33,941 nt of DNA, taken from positions 1 to 33,941 of the IMG/VR virus record IMGVR_UViG_3300017761_003935; one strand, written 5' to 3'. The translations under genes were made by a program, and so were the position numbers. A model generated the notes under the pieces. It had not been told where the DNA came from. It searched no databases and saw only the letters and a program-made list of their open reading frames with translations. Every line of letters begins with the position of its first letter. The first letter of the stretch is position 1. This DNA comes from a virus. Taxonomy: Duplodnaviria; Caudoviricetes. Positions 32,985 to 33,941 of this stretch are shown piece after piece.

Positions 32985-33941
32985 GTGCCAAAGGAAATCA
33001 TCACCCAACCGAAGAAGATCCCGATGCGGAAGCGCGGCTGGAAGGTTGAACATCATGGCTCCAACATCCACGTCGTGAAGATCGAGCGCCCTCGATGCAG
33101 CCTCGACTTCGAGCACTGGATCCTGCTGATGGCTGACAACCACGTCGATTCGACCGCAAGCCGGCTGGACATCGAACGCAAACTGCTCGACGAGGCGATC
33201 AAGCGCGACGCCACCATCTGTTTCATCGGCGATACGCTCGACTTGATGTCTCACAAAAACGATCCGCGCCACACCAAGGGCGGGCTTCGTCGAGAACTGT
33301 TGAGCGACGGGTACTTCGACAAGATCATCGACATGGCGGCCGACCACTATGCCCCGTATGCCAGCCACGTGGTCATGTGGGGCGTGGGAAATCACGAGTC
33401 CAACTATCTGAAGAGGATGGAGGTTGACCCTACCGCCAACCTGGTTCGCGCGATCAAGTGCCGCGCTGAAACAGATGCTATCGCTGGGGGATACGGCGGC
33501 TGGATCAAGTTCCAGATCAAACTGGGCAACAACTGTAGCGGATACACAGTGAAGTACATGCACGGTGGCGGCGGATCCGCTGCCATGACCGGCGGGACAT
33601 TGGACTCGAAACGTGTGTACTCCTGGCTCGAGGGAGTCGATTCACTTGTCTACTCACACCTGCACACCTCGAACGTCGTCGGCCTCCAGCGCCTGTACTT
33701 GAGTGACCACAAGGGCCACTACGAGGAGAAATCCAGGTACTGCGATTGCATCCGAATCGGCACGACCAAGGATGCGTGGGGCAAGACTGGCGGCGCATAT
33801 GGGTTCGAGGTTGAGCGACAGTTCGGACCGGCTCCGTTGCGTCAGAAGTGGATTCGATTGAGGATTGAATGGGAGACAAAGCGAGACGGCACACAGATCC
33901 GCAGCACCCCGAAGTTGGTGTGGGATGTGATGGATGCCTAC
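32985..33941 (+). CDS. calcineurin-like metallophosphoesterase (3'-truncated; absent from ORF track)
   Basis: Open frame from GTG 32985 (or ATG 33024) to the window end; motifs ADNH, FIGDTLD, GNHE, YMHG, SHLH. Confidence 0.85.
   Translation, partial: MPKEIITQPKKIPMRKRGWKVEHHGSNIHVVKIERPRCSLDFEHWILLMADNHVDSTASRLDIERKLLDEAIKRDATICFIGDTLDLMSHKNDPRHTKGGLRRELLSDGYFDKIIDMAADHYAPYASHVVMWGVGNHESNYLKRMEVDPTANLVRAIKCRAETDAIAGGYGGWIKFQIKLGNNCSGYTVKYMHGGGGSAAMTGGTLDSKRVYSWLEGVDSLVYSHLHTSNVVGLQRLYLSDHKGHYEEKSRYCDCIRIGTTKDAWGKTGGAYGFEVERQFGPAPLRQKWIRLRIEWETKRDGTQIRSTPKLVWDVMDAY

Noticed and set aside
32874-33563. N-terminal extension of the 343-aa minus-strand ORF
   Set aside because: Lies antisense to the metallophosphoesterase; an RBS-backed ATG exists at 32873.

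Overview
A ~34 kb, gene-dense, GC-rich segment of a tailed dsDNA phage. It is podovirus-like: portal/adaptor/nozzle plus internal ejection proteins, with no tape measure or tail tube/sheath visible. A probable spanin-type lipoprotein points to a diderm host. Order on the + strand: terminase large subunit; a translationally coupled run of tiny Lys-rich genes mostly missed by the ORF track; portal, scaffold, major capsid, decoration protein, adaptor; fibre/head-spike genes; a holin/spanin-like cassette with no endolysin in view; tail fibre; nozzle; three ejection proteins; and a 3061-aa multidomain ejection protein. Then come a small regulator, RecE-like exonuclease, single-strand annealing protein, C5 DNA methyltransferase, DUF1376-like replication protein with an internal origin, two minus-strand genes (one RusA-like) and a 3'-truncated metallophosphoesterase. 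Most notable: (i) the methyltransferase is dual-coded, with motifs I-VIII and X in one frame and motif IX plus TRD-like repeats in a near full-length +1 frame; (ii) the giant protein is divided by a recurring L-x-A-[RK]-[RK] boundary motif and carries a variant zincin, an HhH-type glycosylase-like domain followed by a nested out-of-frame mini-gene (candidate inhibitor), and a possibly GNAT-like domain; (iii) the array of basic micro-peptides between terL and portal. All family assignments come from reading motifs by eye, not from database searches.
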